DNA from: Escherichia coli
GTDB taxonomy: Bacteria > Pseudomonadota > Gammaproteobacteria > Enterobacterales > Enterobacteriaceae
DNA length: 64,000 nucleotides
NCBI RefSeq assembly: GCF_013122565.1
Contig: NZ_CP053258.1
Strand: one strand, 5' to 3'
Part shown: positions 20,461 through 30,711 of the stretch, piece by piece
Layout of the letters: each line of letters begins with the position of its first letter
Numbering within the stretch: position 1 is the first letter of the stretch
Translations under genes and position numbers: made by a program
Notes under the pieces: model-generated
What the model was told of the DNA's origin: nothing
Databases searched by the model: none
What the model saw: only the letters and a program-made list of their open reading frames with translations

Positions 20461-20606
20461 ACTGCTGCATTCCCCAGCAAAACCCCGCTTTATACCTTTT
20501 TACGCACAGAGTTATCCACAATCATCAATGTAATTTCTGTATTTTTCCCACGGTAACCACTGTCAAAATTGTGATCACCATTGAAAGAGAAAAATTCGCG
20601 AGCGTT

Positions 20607-20622
20607 GCGCAAACGTTTTCGT
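20607..20622 (+). promoter_or_regulatory. PurR operator (pur box) upstream of purHD
   Basis: gcgcaaacgttttcgt matches the remembered PurR box consensus (ACGCAAACGTTTTCNT) at about 14 of 16 positions. Confidence 0.7.
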
Positions 20623-20729
20623 TACAATGCGGGCGAAAAATAAGGATGCCCCGTTAGGGGCGTTAGCTGAGTTTTTCGCGAAAAATTCAGCTAACGCTCT
20701 CTGTAATAGTCAAATCCAGGGGATTTACC

Positions 20730-22319
20730 ATGCAACAACGTCGTCCAGTCCGCCGCGCTCTGCTCAGTGTTTCTGACAAAGCCGGTATCGTCGAATTCGC
20801 CCAGGCACTTTCCACACGCGGTGTGGAGCTGCTGTCTACAGGGGGCACTGCCCGTCTGTTAGCAGAAAAAGGTCTGCCGGTAACCGAAGTTTCCGATTAC
20901 ACCGGTTTCCCGGAGATGATGGATGGACGCGTGAAGACCCTGCATCCGAAAGTACATGGTGGCATTCTGGGCCGTCGCGGCCAGGACGATGCCATTATGG
21001 AAGAACATCAGATCCAGCCTATCGATATGGTGGTTGTTAACCTGTATCCGTTCGCCCAGACCGTTGCTCGTGAAGGCTGCTCGCTGGAAGATGCGGTTGA
21101 GAACATCGATATCGGCGGCCCGACCATGGTGCGCTCCGCCGCTAAGAACCATAAAGATGTCGCAATCGTGGTGAAGAGCAGCGACTACGACGCCATTATT
21201 AAAGAGATGGATGCCAACGAAGGATCGCTGACGCTTGCAACCCGTTTCGACCTCGCCATCAAAGCCTTCGAACACACTGCCGCCTACGACAGTATGATTG
21301 CCAACTACTTCGGCAGCATGGTTCCGGCTTACCACGGTGAAAGCAAAGAAGCCGCAGGCCGCTTCCCGCGCACGCTGAACCTGAACTTCATTAAGAAGCA
21401 GGATATGCGTTACGGCGAGAACAGCCACCAGCAGGCTGCCTTCTATATAGAAGAGAATGTGAAAGAAGCCTCCGTTGCTACCGCAACCCAGGTTCAGGGT
21501 AAAGCCCTCTCTTATAACAACATCGCCGACACCGATGCGGCGCTGGAGTGCGTGAAAGAGTTCGCCGAGCCGGCATGTGTGATTGTGAAGCACGCCAACC
21601 CTTGCGGCGTGGCTATCGGCAATTCCATTCTTGACGCTTACGATCGCGCGTACAAAACCGACCCGACCTCCGCATTCGGCGGCATCATTGCCTTTAACCG
21701 CGAGCTGGATGCGGAAACCGCGCAGGCCATCATTTCTCGTCAGTTTGTTGAAGTGATCATTGCGCCATCCGCCAGCGAAGAAGCCCTGAAAATCACCGCC
21801 GCCAAACAAAACGTTCGTGTCCTGACCTGTGGTCAGTGGGGCGAGCGTGTTCCGGGTCTTGATTTCAAACGCGTAAACGGCGGTTTGCTGGTTCAGGATC
21901 GCGATCTGGGGATGGTCGGCGCAGAAGAGCTGCGCGTCGTGACCAAACGTCAGCCGAGTGAACAGGAACTGCGTGATGCGCTGTTCTGCTGGAAAGTGGC
22001 GAAGTTCGTGAAATCCAATGCTATCGTCTATGCCAAAAACAATATGACCATCGGTATTGGCGCGGGCCAGATGAGCCGCGTGTACTCCGCGAAAATCGCC
22101 GGTATTAAAGCTGCCGATGAAGGCCTGGAAGTGAAAGGTTCCTCGATGGCTTCTGACGCGTTCTTCCCGTTCCGCGACGGTATTGATGCCGCCGCCGCTG
22201 CAGGCGTGACCTGTGTAATCCAGCCTGGCGGTTCTATCCGTGATGACGAAGTGATTGCTGCCGCCGACGAGCACGGTATTGCGATGCTCTTCACCGACAT
22301 GCGCCACTTCCGCCATTAA
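20730..22319 (+). CDS. purH: Bifunctional AICAR transformylase / IMP cyclohydrolase
   Basis: 529-aa [31 protein letters not shown]... Confidence 0.95.
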   Translation: MQQRRPVRRALLSVSDKAGIVEFAQALSTRGVELLSTGGTARLLAEKGLPVTEVSDYTGFPEMMDGRVKTLHPKVHGGILGRRGQDDAIMEEHQIQPIDMVVVNLYPFAQTVAREGCSLEDAVENIDIGGPTMVRSAAKNHKDVAIVVKSSDYDAIIKEMDANEGSLTLATRFDLAIKAFEHTAAYDSMIANYFGSMVPAYHGESKEAAGRFPRTLNLNFIKKQDMRYGENSHQQAAFYIEENVKEASVATATQVQGKALSYNNIADTDAALECVKEFAEPACVIVKHANPCGVAIGNSILDAYDRAYKTDPTSAFGGIIAFNRELDAETAQAIISRQFVEVIIAPSASEEALKITAAKQNVRVLTCGQWGERVPGLDFKRVNGGLLVQDRDLGMVGAEELRVVTKRQPSEQELRDALFCWKVAKFVKSNAIVYAKNNMTIGIGAGQMSRVYSAKIAGIKAADEGLEVKGSSMASDAFFPFRDGIDAAAAAGVTCVIQPGGSIRDDEVIAAADEHGIAMLFTDMRHFRH

Positions 22320-22330
22320 TGGAGCAATAG

Positions 22331-23620
22331 ATGAAAGTATTAGTGATTGGTAACGGCGGGCGCGAGCACGCGCTGGCCTGGAAAGCGGCCCAGTCGCCGC
22401 TGGTTGAGACTGTTTTTGTTGCTCCGGGTAATGCAGGCACTGCGCTGGAACCCGCGCTGCAAAACGTTGCTATCGGCGTGACCGATATCCCGGCGCTGTT
22501 GGATTTCGCACAAAACGAAAAGATTGATCTGACCATCGTCGGCCCGGAAGCGCCGCTGGTGAAAGGCGTGGTCGATACCTTCCGCGCCGCCGGGCTGAAA
22601 ATCTTCGGCCCAACCGCAGGTGCGGCCCAACTGGAAGGCTCAAAAGCGTTTACCAAAGATTTCCTGGCCCGCCATAAGATCCCTACGGCGGAATACCAGA
22701 ACTTCACCGAGGTAGAACCTGCGCTGGCGTATCTGCGTGAGAAAGGCGCGCCAATCGTCATTAAAGCTGACGGTCTGGCTGCCGGGAAAGGCGTTATCGT
22801 GGCGATGACGCTGGAAGAAGCGGAAGCGGCTGTTCACGATATGCTGGCGGGCAACGCGTTTGGAGATGCGGGTCATCGCATCGTTATCGAAGAGTTCCTC
22901 GATGGCGAAGAAGCGAGCTTTATCGTGATGGTGGACGGCGAGCATGTGCTGCCGATGGCCACCAGCCAGGATCACAAACGCGTAGGCGATAAAGATACCG
23001 GACCAAACACGGGCGGGATGGGCGCTTACTCCCCCGCGCCGGTAGTAACCGATGAAGTTCATCAGCGCACCATGGAACGTATTATCTGGCCAACAGTGAA
23101 AGGCATGGCGGCGGAAGGCAACACCTACACCGGTTTTCTCTACGCGGGCCTGATGATCGACAAACAGGGCAATCCGAAGGTTATTGAATTTAACTGCCGC
23201 TTTGGCGATCCGGAAACCCAGCCGATTATGCTGCGCATGAAGTCCGATCTTGTTGAACTCTGCCTGGCGGCCTGTGAAGGCAAGCTGGACGAGAAAACGT
23301 CAGAGTGGGATGAACGCGCTTCTCTCGGCGTGGTGATGGCAGCGGGCGGGTATCCGGGTGATTATCGCACCGGTGATGTGATCCACGGCCTGCCGCTGGA
23401 AGAAGTGGCAGGCGGCAAAGTGTTCCACGCGGGCACGAAACTGGCGGATAACGAGCAGGTAGTGACCAGCGGCGGGCGCGTACTGTGCGTCACCGCGCTG
23501 GGTCATACCGTAGCAGAAGCGCAGAAACGCGCCTATGACTTAATGACCGATATCCACTGGGACGACTGCTTCTGCCGGAAAGATATCGGCTGGCGCGCTA
23601 TCGAACGCGAGCAGAACTAA
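22331..23620 (+). CDS. purD: Phosphoribosylamine-glycine ligase
   Basis: 429-aa ORF, MKVLVIGNGGREHALAWKAAQSPLVETVFVAPGNAG... Confidence 0.95.
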   Translation: MKVLVIGNGGREHALAWKAAQSPLVETVFVAPGNAGTALEPALQNVAIGVTDIPALLDFAQNEKIDLTIVGPEAPLVKGVVDTFRAAGLKIFGPTAGAAQLEGSKAFTKDFLARHKIPTAEYQNFTEVEPALAYLREKGAPIVIKADGLAAGKGVIVAMTLEEAEAAVHDMLAGNAFGDAGHRIVIEEFLDGEEASFIVMVDGEHVLPMATSQDHKRVGDKDTGPNTGGMGAYSPAPVVTDEVHQRTMERIIWPTVKGMAAEGNTYTGFLYAGLMIDKQGNPKVIEFNCRFGDPETQPIMLRMKSDLVELCLAACEGKLDEKTSEWDERASLGVVMAAGGYPGDYRTGDVIHGLPLEEVAGGKVFHAGTKLADNEQVVTSGGRVLCVTALGHTVAEAQKRAYDLMTDIHWDDCFCRKDIGWRAIEREQN

Positions 23621-24942
23621 CGCGACAGTTTTGCCAATAGCGTTTTGCGAGTGATCCCTAACTGACGGGCGGCTTCGGTTTTGTTGCCGCCCGTTTTCTC
23701 CAGCGCCGCCAGAATCACCTCTTTTTCCACTTCCACCAACGGCTGAATATCCTGACTTTGCCCCAGCGGGATCGGCGTACTGGCAATCGCCAGCGGCAGC
23801 TCGCGTTCGGAAATATATTCCCCAGTCAGCAGCACCACCGCCCGTTCCACCGCATTTTCCAGTTCACGAATATTTCCCGGCCAGTCGTAATGAATCAACA
23901 GATCCATCGCCTGGGGCGTAAAGCCTTTTACCGCCTTGCGATTACGTTCAGCAAAGCGCTGAAGAAAATGGCCAGCCAGCAGAGGAATATCTTCCCGCCG
24001 TTGCCGCAGCGACGGTACTTCAATCGCCACCACGTTCAGGCGATAGTAGAGATCCTGGCGAAAACGCCCGGCCTTTACCTCTGCGGCAAGATCGCGATGG
24101 GTCGCCGCAATCAGCCGGACATCAACCGAAATAGTCTGGTTGCTACCGACACGCTGAACTTCGCGTTCCTGAATCGCACGTAGCAGACGCACCTGCATCA
24201 TCGGCGAGATATCGCCAATTTCATCGAGAAACAGCGTGCCGCCGTCCGCCTCAACAAAGCGCCCTTCCCGGCGTTTATCGGCTCCAGTAAACGCCCCTTT
24301 TTCGTGACCGAACAATTCAGATTCCAGCAAGGATTCGTTGAGTGCCGCACAGTTGAGCGTTACCAGCGGTTTTTCGCTACGTGCGCTACTGGCGTGAATC
24401 GCCCTGGCGACCAGCTCTTTACCGGTGCCGGAATCGCCGTGGATCAGCACCGTGGCTTCCGATGGCGCGACGAGGGCGATTTCACTGAGCAGGTGTTGCA
24501 TCGCCGGGCTTTTACCGACCATACCGAACTGGCTGGCAGTCACCGCAGGTGTTTCAGCATCAATACTGTGCGTATGCGCGAGCGCCTTTTCCAGCGTCGC
24601 CTGTAGGTTATCGAAATCCAGCGGCTTGATGAGATAATCCAGCGCCCCAGTTTTCAGTGCCTCTACCGCCGTCTCGACGCTGGAGTACGCAGTCATAATC
24701 AGCACCGGAATTGCCGGGTTTAACGCTTTGATCTCTTTCAGCGTGGCGATGCCGTCCATCTCCGCCATTCGCACATCGCAAAGCACAAGATCAAAAACCT
24801 GTTCCCGCACCTGCTCCAGCGCCTGTCGCCCGCTGTTCGCCAGCGCGACGTTATAGCCCCAGCCGCGCAGTAAAGCCTGCAAAATAGTGCAGTGGCTAAT
24901 GTCATCATCCACCACCAGAATATCGATATTATCGTGCGTCAT
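23617..24942 (-). CDS. zraR: Sigma-54-dependent response regulator ZraR (HydG)
   Basis: 441-aa ORF with receiver domain, AAA+ sigma-54 activator motifs (GESGTGKE, GAFTGA) and C-terminal HTH. Confidence 0.9.
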   Translation of the reverse strand: MTHDNIDILVVDDDISHCTILQALLRGWGYNVALANSGRQALEQVREQVFDLVLCDVRMAEMDGIATLKEIKALNPAIPVLIMTAYSSVETAVEALKTGALDYLIKPLDFDNLQATLEKALAHTHSIDAETPAVTASQFGMVGKSPAMQHLLSEIALVAPSEATVLIHGDSGTGKELVARAIHASSARSEKPLVTLNCAALNESLLESELFGHEKGAFTGADKRREGRFVEADGGTLFLDEIGDISPMMQVRLLRAIQEREVQRVGSNQTISVDVRLIAATHRDLAAEVKAGRFRQDLYYRLNVVAIEVPSLRQRREDIPLLAGHFLQRFAERNRKAVKGFTPQAMDLLIHYDWPGNIRELENAVERAVVLLTGEYISERELPLAIASTPIPLGQSQDIQPLVEVEKEVILAALEKTGGNKTEAARQLGITRKTLLAKLSR

Positions 24943-26315
24943 CCTTGTGGGTCCTTACGCGTAATATTGACCGGAAGCCAGAGGGTGAACGTTGCGCCTT
25001 TTCCCTCCTGGCTTGCGACCTGAATTGTACCACCGTGTTGTTCAACAATATTATGCACGACCGCCAGCCCCAATCCGGTGCCTTCGGCTTTGGTGGTGAA
25101 GTACGGAGTGAAGATGGCTTCAAGCTGATCTGCCGCAATTCCCTTACCGCTGTCGGTAACGCTGATTTTCACGCCCGCGCCGCTTTCGCTGGCCGTCACG
25201 CTAATCACGCCATGCTGACCAATCGCCTGAATAGCATTGAGATAGAGATTCAACAGGACCTGAGTCAGCCTGTCCGGATCGGCCTGAATTTCCGGTAATG
25301 TGTCGTTGTCGGTAAAGCGTAACTGGATCTCCCGGCTGTTTGCATCCTGGCTTACCAGCTGTAATGAGTGGTTAATCAGCGTGTTGAGATCCACCGCCTG
25401 CAAAGCCAGATGCGTTGGCTTAACCAGTTCCAGCAACTCGCTTACCACGCGGTTTAAACGGTCGGCCTCTTTCGCCATCACCTGCGCCAGTTGATGCGCT
25501 TCTCCCCCTGCAGGCGCGCGCTCGGCAAAGTATTTCGCCAGTCCTTTAATCGAGGAAAGTGGGTTACGGATTTCGTGGGCAACGCCTGCCGCAAGATGCC
25601 CCAGCGCCACCAGCTTCTCTTTGCGCTTCATTTCATCTTGTAGAAGCTGGCGCGAGCGCAGATAGCGGCGATACCAGAAGAATGACAATACGCTTGCCAG
25701 CAAGACCGTCGCCAGGGCGAAGAGGATAATCAGGGTGTTTCTCTGCTCACGATCTTCGGCACTCACAATATTACTGGCGTCGAAAGCGATGAAAATTGCT
25801 TGTGGTGTCGCGGCATACTGCTGCATATGGCGCATCCGGTGCATTCCAGCAGCAAACATCGGTTGAAACTGGCGATAAATTTCCAGAACAGGCTCGCCGT
25901 CTGCGCTATCGATCCGCCGCCATGCTTCTTCATCTCCCGGATGTAACTGCTGCATTTCCTGCGGGGAATAAAGCTGTTTTCCCACCATGCCGGAGTTGCT
26001 ATGCATCACGATTGTTCCTTGTTCATCCGTGACCGCAAACCAACGTACTCCAGGCTGCCCGGCCATTTCTTCCAGTAAGGCCTGCTGCTGCGCATGATGC
26101 ATGCGCATCCCCATGCCGACGCGCGAGCCGGATTCAAGAGCGCGAATAAGTACACTGCCTTTTTCCAGCAGCGTTTGTCTGGCGGCGGCAGTCTCGCGCC
26201 CATAATCGCGAATCACCGTCACCGCAAACAACCCCACCAGCCCAACAATGACCACGGGGAGGATCGCGCTTAACCATTTAGCTAAGGAGTCTTTAGAACG
26301 TTGCATAAAACGCAT
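24939..26315 (-). CDS. zraS: Sensor histidine kinase ZraS (HydH)
   Basis: 458-aa ORF with two hydrophobic segments and a histidine-kinase core (HEIRNPL H-box); overlaps zraR by 4 nt. Confidence 0.9.
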   Translation of the reverse strand: MRFMQRSKDSLAKWLSAILPVVIVGLVGLFAVTVIRDYGRETAAARQTLLEKGSVLIRALESGSRVGMGMRMHHAQQQALLEEMAGQPGVRWFAVTDEQGTIVMHSNSGMVGKQLYSPQEMQQLHPGDEEAWRRIDSADGEPVLEIYRQFQPMFAAGMHRMRHMQQYAATPQAIFIAFDASNIVSAEDREQRNTLIILFALATVLLASVLSFFWYRRYLRSRQLLQDEMKRKEKLVALGHLAAGVAHEIRNPLSSIKGLAKYFAERAPAGGEAHQLAQVMAKEADRLNRVVSELLELVKPTHLALQAVDLNTLINHSLQLVSQDANSREIQLRFTDNDTLPEIQADPDRLTQVLLNLYLNAIQAIGQHGVISVTASESGAGVKISVTDSGKGIAADQLEAIFTPYFTTKAEGTGLGLAVVHNIVEQHGGTIQVASQEGKGATFTLWLPVNITRKDPQG

Positions 26316-26346
26316 CTTCTTCTTTGCCTGCTCATCCCTTTCTGAC

Positions 26347-26362
26347 AGCAGAAATCATGCCA
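26347..26362 (-). promoter_or_regulatory. Candidate sigma-54 promoter for zraSR
   Basis: Minus strand tggcat-gattt-ctgct resembles the -24/-12 consensus TGGCAC-N5-TTGCA. Confidence 0.5.
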
Positions 26363-26413
26363 TCTTTTATCAGCGCTTACCCTGCGCTGTAACACAAAGG
26401 CTTAAGTTTCAAT

Positions 26414-26459
26414 GAGTAAAAATGACTCGCTACCCGCAGCAGGCGAGTCATTTTTACTC
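26414..26459. promoter_or_regulatory. ZraR enhancer-binding inverted repeat in the zraP/zraS divergent region
   Basis: gagtaaaaatgactcgc and gcgagtcatttttactc are perfect 17-bp inverted repeats separated by 12 bp. Confidence 0.7.
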
Positions 26460-26501
26460 GCCTATCACGCCAGATTGCCCGTCATATCAGCGTTTCATCG
26501 T

Positions 26502-26517
26502 TGGCACGGAAGATGCA
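26502..26517 (+). promoter_or_regulatory. Sigma-54 promoter for zraP
   Basis: tggcacggaagatgca: -24 GG and -12 GC with correct spacing. Confidence 0.7.
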
Positions 26518-26552
26518 ATACCCGAAGTAAGACAACCACTGGAGGATTAACC

Positions 26553-26978
26553 ATGAAACGGAACACGAAAATTGCCCTGGTAATGATGGCGCTTTCAGCA
26601 ATGGCGATGGGATCGACATCTGCATTTGCTCACGGCGGACACGGTATGTGGCAGCAAAATGCCGCGCCTTTGACCAGCGAACAACAGACAGCGTGGCAGA
26701 AAATCCATAATGACTTTTACGCTCAAAGCAGCGCACTGCAACAGCAACTGGTGACGAAGCGTTATGAATACAATGCCCTGTTAGCCGCGAACCCACCGGA
26801 TAGCAGCAAAATTAACGCGGTCGCCAAAGAGATGGAGAATTTGCGTCAGTCGTTAGATGAGTTACGGGTGAAACGGGATATTGCGATGGCTGAAGCGGGT
26901 ATTCCGCGCGGAGCCGGAATGGGCATGGGCTACGGCGGCTGCGGTGGTGGCGGTCATATGGGTATGGGCCACTGGTAA
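26553..26978 (+). CDS. zraP: Zinc-resistance-associated periplasmic protein ZraP
   Basis: ORF 26412-26978; internal start MKRNTKIALVMMALSAMAMGSTSAFAHGGHG (signal peptide) gives 141 aa; Gly/His/Met-rich C-terminus. Confidence 0.9.
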   Translation: MKRNTKIALVMMALSAMAMGSTSAFAHGGHGMWQQNAAPLTSEQQTAWQKIHNDFYAQSSALQQQLVTKRYEYNALLAANPPDSSKINAVAKEMENLRQSLDELRVKRDIAMAEAGIPRGAGMGMGYGGCGGGGHMGMGHW

Positions 26979-26979
26979 A

Positions 26980-27681
26980 TCAGAACGTTTTCTCGTTGGG
27001 TTGCCAGCGACAGAAATCAGAGTTTGCCACCAACAGTAATTGCGAACCTTCGGGCGCTTCCAGCCATGCCACGCTGACATCAACAGAAGAGCGGCTCTGG
27101 CGGCGCTCGATATGCGCTATCGCCTGCGAATCTAAATCAGGTTTAATGGTTTGCCCTTCGCAGGTGGTCACGGTCTGTTCCATCGCATGCCAGCGCCCCT
27201 GGCGCAGCACGACTCTCCCCTGACGTAAGGCATCGCTAATCTGGCGGATCTGATCAGCACGATAACGGTATAAATCGATTTGGTCGTTAGAAAGCTGCTG
27301 CTTTTCCCCATCGGATTCACGTTGCATAAAGCTCAGATCGCCGCGATCGTCAAAACGCGCGCGAATGTTCACCGGCGGTTTGCTGTAAACATTGATATTG
27401 ATGAGCGTAAGGTTATCGCCCTGCCAGCGATACTCTCGCGTGGTGGTATCGCCACTGCGCCACGGGCTAAACACGGCAAGCAGATGCACATTATCGCCGC
27501 TGTCTTTTCGCCAGATACGTACCGCGCCCTGGTCTTCAGCAAATCCACTGGCGGTAAAGGGAGGAAGTGAAGAGTTGTGACTACAGGCAGTGAGAAACAG
27601 AGCGCCTGCCAGCATCAATGATCGACGCCAGAAAGACAAAAGGGGTGAAACCACCCCTTCGTTAAAACTGTTCACTGCCAC
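26980..27681 (-). CDS. yjaH: DUF1481-family putative lipoprotein YjaH
   Basis: 233-aa ORF with a lipobox-like LTAC motif near the N-terminus; position between zraP and hupA; true start may be internal. Confidence 0.7.
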   Translation of the reverse strand: MAVNSFNEGVVSPLLSFWRRSLMLAGALFLTACSHNSSLPPFTASGFAEDQGAVRIWRKDSGDNVHLLAVFSPWRSGDTTTREYRWQGDNLTLININVYSKPPVNIRARFDDRGDLSFMQRESDGEKQQLSNDQIDLYRYRADQIRQISDALRQGRVVLRQGRWHAMEQTVTTCEGQTIKPDLDSQAIAHIERRQSRSSVDVSVAWLEAPEGSQLLLVANSDFCRWQPNEKTF

Positions 27682-27687
27682 GCAATC

Positions 27688-27960
27688 TTACTTAACTGCG
27701 TCTTTCAGTGCCTTGCCAGAAACAAATGCCGGTACGTTAGCTGCGGCAATTTTGATTTCTTTACCGGTCTGCGGGTTGCGGCCAGTACGCTCAGCGCGGT
27801 GGTTCACTTTGAAGGTACCGAAACCAACCAGTTGTACAGCATCGCCTTCTTTCAGAGACTCAGTAATTGCAGCCAGAGTGGACTCCAGAGCAGCTTTAGC
27901 CTGGGTTTTGGACAGTTCTGCTTTCTCTGCAATTACATCAATCAGTTGAGTCTTGTTCAT
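27688..27960 (-). CDS. hupA: DNA-binding protein HU-alpha
   Basis: 90-aa [93 protein letters not shown]. Confidence 0.97.
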
Positions 27961-28146
27961 AAGTTATCCTTACAATGTGTTTATCGCTTGCTAAGCATCG
28001 AGTGCGACGGAAATGCCAGAATAGCACTCTCCTGCATACACGCACCGATAGCCACTTTTTTTCGCCCCCCAAATGTAGACCAGACGGGGGGCGAAAGGGA
28101 AGACTCCAGGTACGACAAATCAGGCGTTAAATCACGTTTTCTGGTC

Positions 28147-28737
28147 TTATTGCTGAAAAATTATACCAATATTGCTCTCACCCGCCTCACGCAGGTCTGC
28201 CCTAAGGCCTTTTATCAGCTCGATATCGCGTTCTTCGCACTCAGCTAAAAGTCGGAATATTTCCCACTGAATGTCCCATTCTTGCTCTACAGCTGGGTTT
28301 TCTTTGAGCTCTTCATCGCTCATTTCGCGACCAGCCTGAGTCATTTCCAGCATCGCAACGGTCGTGATGGAGGTCTTACTCACTTCTACCGCGTGTTCGA
28401 GCGTTTCACCACTCAAACGCGAATGGACCAGTTCACTTAACGCCACGCAGGCATCGATTGCGGGATAAACGCCGTACAGATCGAAATCGTCGGCTGAAGG
28501 AATCGCTTCTTCAAATTTCTCCAGTTGGCTGTCGAAATTTACTTTTGCGTCTTTAACGGTCAGCGTTTCCCAGATGAGATCGAGAATACGACGGTAAATT
28601 TGCCCATCACCAAAACCGGTTTGCTGGCAGAACATGGCGTAATTGGGGTACATGCGTTCGCATAAGCAAGCCATGAAAGTGACATGCTGCCAGCTTTCCA
28701 GGCGCTCCAGACGCAGATGAATTGGGTTTTGTAACAT
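28147..28737 (-). CDS. yjaG: DUF416-family protein YjaG
   Basis: 196-aa ORF; conserved position between nfi and hupA. Confidence 0.75.
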   Translation of the reverse strand: MLQNPIHLRLERLESWQHVTFMACLCERMYPNYAMFCQQTGFGDGQIYRRILDLIWETLTVKDAKVNFDSQLEKFEEAIPSADDFDLYGVYPAIDACVALSELVHSRLSGETLEHAVEVSKTSITTVAMLEMTQAGREMSDEELKENPAVEQEWDIQWEIFRLLAECEERDIELIKGLRADLREAGESNIGIIFQQ

Positions 28738-28779
28738 GTTGAGTTCTCAAATACGGAAATTATCCGCAGTTTACCTGAA

Positions 28780-29451
28780 TTAGGGCTGATTTGCTGTATA
28801 GCGCACGAACGCCGGACGTTCCGAGGCCACCGCGTCCGCCCAGCGCGTTGGCTCCGGCAGACGATAGCCTTTCATGCAGCGTTGTACCCACGCCAGCGCG
28901 CTGTCCACGCTGACCCGATGGCCGGTAGCGATAAACAACGGGTTACAGCGCGCTTTGCTGCGCCAGACCCAGGCCAGCTGCTCGCCTTTATCCATCAGTG
29001 GGGCCAGCGCGCCCGGTTCGCTGGAGAGCGGTTCGAATTTACCGCAGAGCCGTTTTTTCGCCACGCCAATGGTCGGCACATCCACCAGCAAACCAAAATG
29101 GCTGGCAACGCCAAGACGGCGAGGATGCGAGATCCCGTGACCATCGACAAACACTAAATCCGGCTTTTGCGACAGCATCTCCCACGCTGCCAGCAGCGCA
29201 GGATATTCGCGGAAGGAGAGAAAACCTGGAATGTAAGGCATGGTGGTGGCGATGCGGGCCACTTTATACTCCACCAGCTCAAGCGAGGGGTATTTCAGCA
29301 GCACCATCGCCGCTCGCGTCACTTCTCCGCCCTGCTCAAACCCGACATCGGCTCCGGCGATCAGATCCGGTGGATCTTTATCGAGTTGATCCTCGCGGAT
29401 CACAGAAGAAGCCAGTTCGATTTGTTGAGCGCGTAATGACGCGAGATCCAT
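28780..29451 (-). CDS. nfi: Endonuclease V
   Basis: 223-aa [55 protein letters not shown]... Confidence 0.9.
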   Translation of the reverse strand: MDLASLRAQQIELASSVIREDQLDKDPPDLIAGADVGFEQGGEVTRAAMVLLKYPSLELVEYKVARIATTMPYIPGFLSFREYPALLAAWEMLSQKPDLVFVDGHGISHPRRLGVASHFGLLVDVPTIGVAKKRLCGKFEPLSSEPGALAPLMDKGEQLAWVWRSKARCNPLFIATGHRVSVDSALAWVQRCMKGYRLPEPTRWADAVASERPAFVRYTANQP

Positions 29452-29607
29452 AATCGCTCCTTAGAGCCTGGTTCAACAGGCGTAATTGTTGAAGGCAGTT
29501 TGAGGCCGGACAGCGCGGAAAAACCGGAGCGTACACGTAGTACGTGAGGATTTTGAGCACTGCCCGGCCTCAAAATGGCAAATAAAATAGCCTGATGGAC
29601 CAGGCTC

Positions 29608-30672
29608 TTAGCGGTGATACTGTTCAGACAGTCGATGCACTGCCTCCACAAACACGCCAGCATGTTCTGGCGGCACATCCTGATGAATGCCGTGACCAAG
29701 GTTAAAGACATGACCTTCGCCGTGACCGAAACCTACAAGTATAGTCGCGACTTCTTCTTCAATGCGGGCAGGCGGCGCGTACAGCATCGACGGATCCATA
29801 TTACCCTGCAACGCGACTTTATTGCCCACACGGCGGCGCGCATCGGCGATGTCCGTTGTCCAGTCGAGGCCCAGCGCATCGCAACCGGTTTCTGCCATGG
29901 CTTCCAGCCACTGTCCGCCGCCTTTGGTAAACAGCGTGACCGGTACGCGGCGACCGTCGTTTTCACGCAGTAAACCATCAACAATTTTATGCATGTAATA
30001 AAGCGAGAACTGTTGATAATCGCGCCCGGTAAGCACGCCGCCCCAGGTGTCGAAAATCATCACAGCCTGAGCACCGGCTTTAATCTGCGCATTCAGATAC
30101 AAAGTGACGCTTTTCGCCAGTTTATCGAGCAGAGCGTGCAGCGCCTGCGGATCGGCATACATCATTTTTTTGATCACGGTGAACGCTTTGCTGCTGCCGC
30201 CTTCCACCATGTAGGTCGCCAGCGTCCACGGGCTGCCGGAAAAACCAATCAGCGGCACTTCGCCTTTCAGTTCGCGACGAATGGTACGCACCGCGTTCAT
30301 CACGTACCCCAGTTCATCTTCCGGGTCCGGAATTGGCAGTTTATCGACGTCAGCTTTGCAGGTGACTGGCGAGGTAAAACGCGGACCTTCTCCGGCTTCA
30401 AAATAGAGCCCTAACCCCATCGCGTCCGGCACGGTGAGGATATCGGAAAAGAGGATCGCCGCATCCAGCGGGTAGCGACGCAGCGGTTGCAAAGTCACTT
30501 CGCACGCCAGCTCGGCGTTTTTGCACAGCGACATAAAATCGCCCGCCTGGGCGCGCGTGGCTTTATATTCCGGTAGATAGCGACCCGCCTGGCGCATCAT
30601 CCATACTGGAGTGACATCAACGGGCTGGCGCAGCAGCGCCCGCAGATAACGATCGTTTTTAAGTTCGGTCAT
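29608..30672 (-). CDS. hemE: Uroporphyrinogen decarboxylase
   Basis: 354-aa [53 protein letters not shown]... Confidence 0.95.
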   Translation of the reverse strand: MTELKNDRYLRALLRQPVDVTPVWMMRQAGRYLPEYKATRAQAGDFMSLCKNAELACEVTLQPLRRYPLDAAILFSDILTVPDAMGLGLYFEAGEGPRFTSPVTCKADVDKLPIPDPEDELGYVMNAVRTIRRELKGEVPLIGFSGSPWTLATYMVEGGSSKAFTVIKKMMYADPQALHALLDKLAKSVTLYLNAQIKAGAQAVMIFDTWGGVLTGRDYQQFSLYYMHKIVDGLLRENDGRRVPVTLFTKGGGQWLEAMAETGCDALGLDWTTDIADARRRVGNKVALQGNMDPSMLYAPPARIEEEVATILVGFGHGEGHVFNLGHGIHQDVPPEHAGVFVEAVHRLSEQYHR

Positions 30673-30711
30673 TTTGGCTGTTCCTTAGTGCGTCAGGCGG
30701 TCAGTGTATCA

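Noticed and set aside
26414-26459. The perfect 17-bp inverted repeat was first considered as possible transposon or integron ends.
   Set aside because: It sits exactly between two sigma-54 promoters of the ZraSR regulon with no transposase or integrase nearby; consistent with an activator-binding site.
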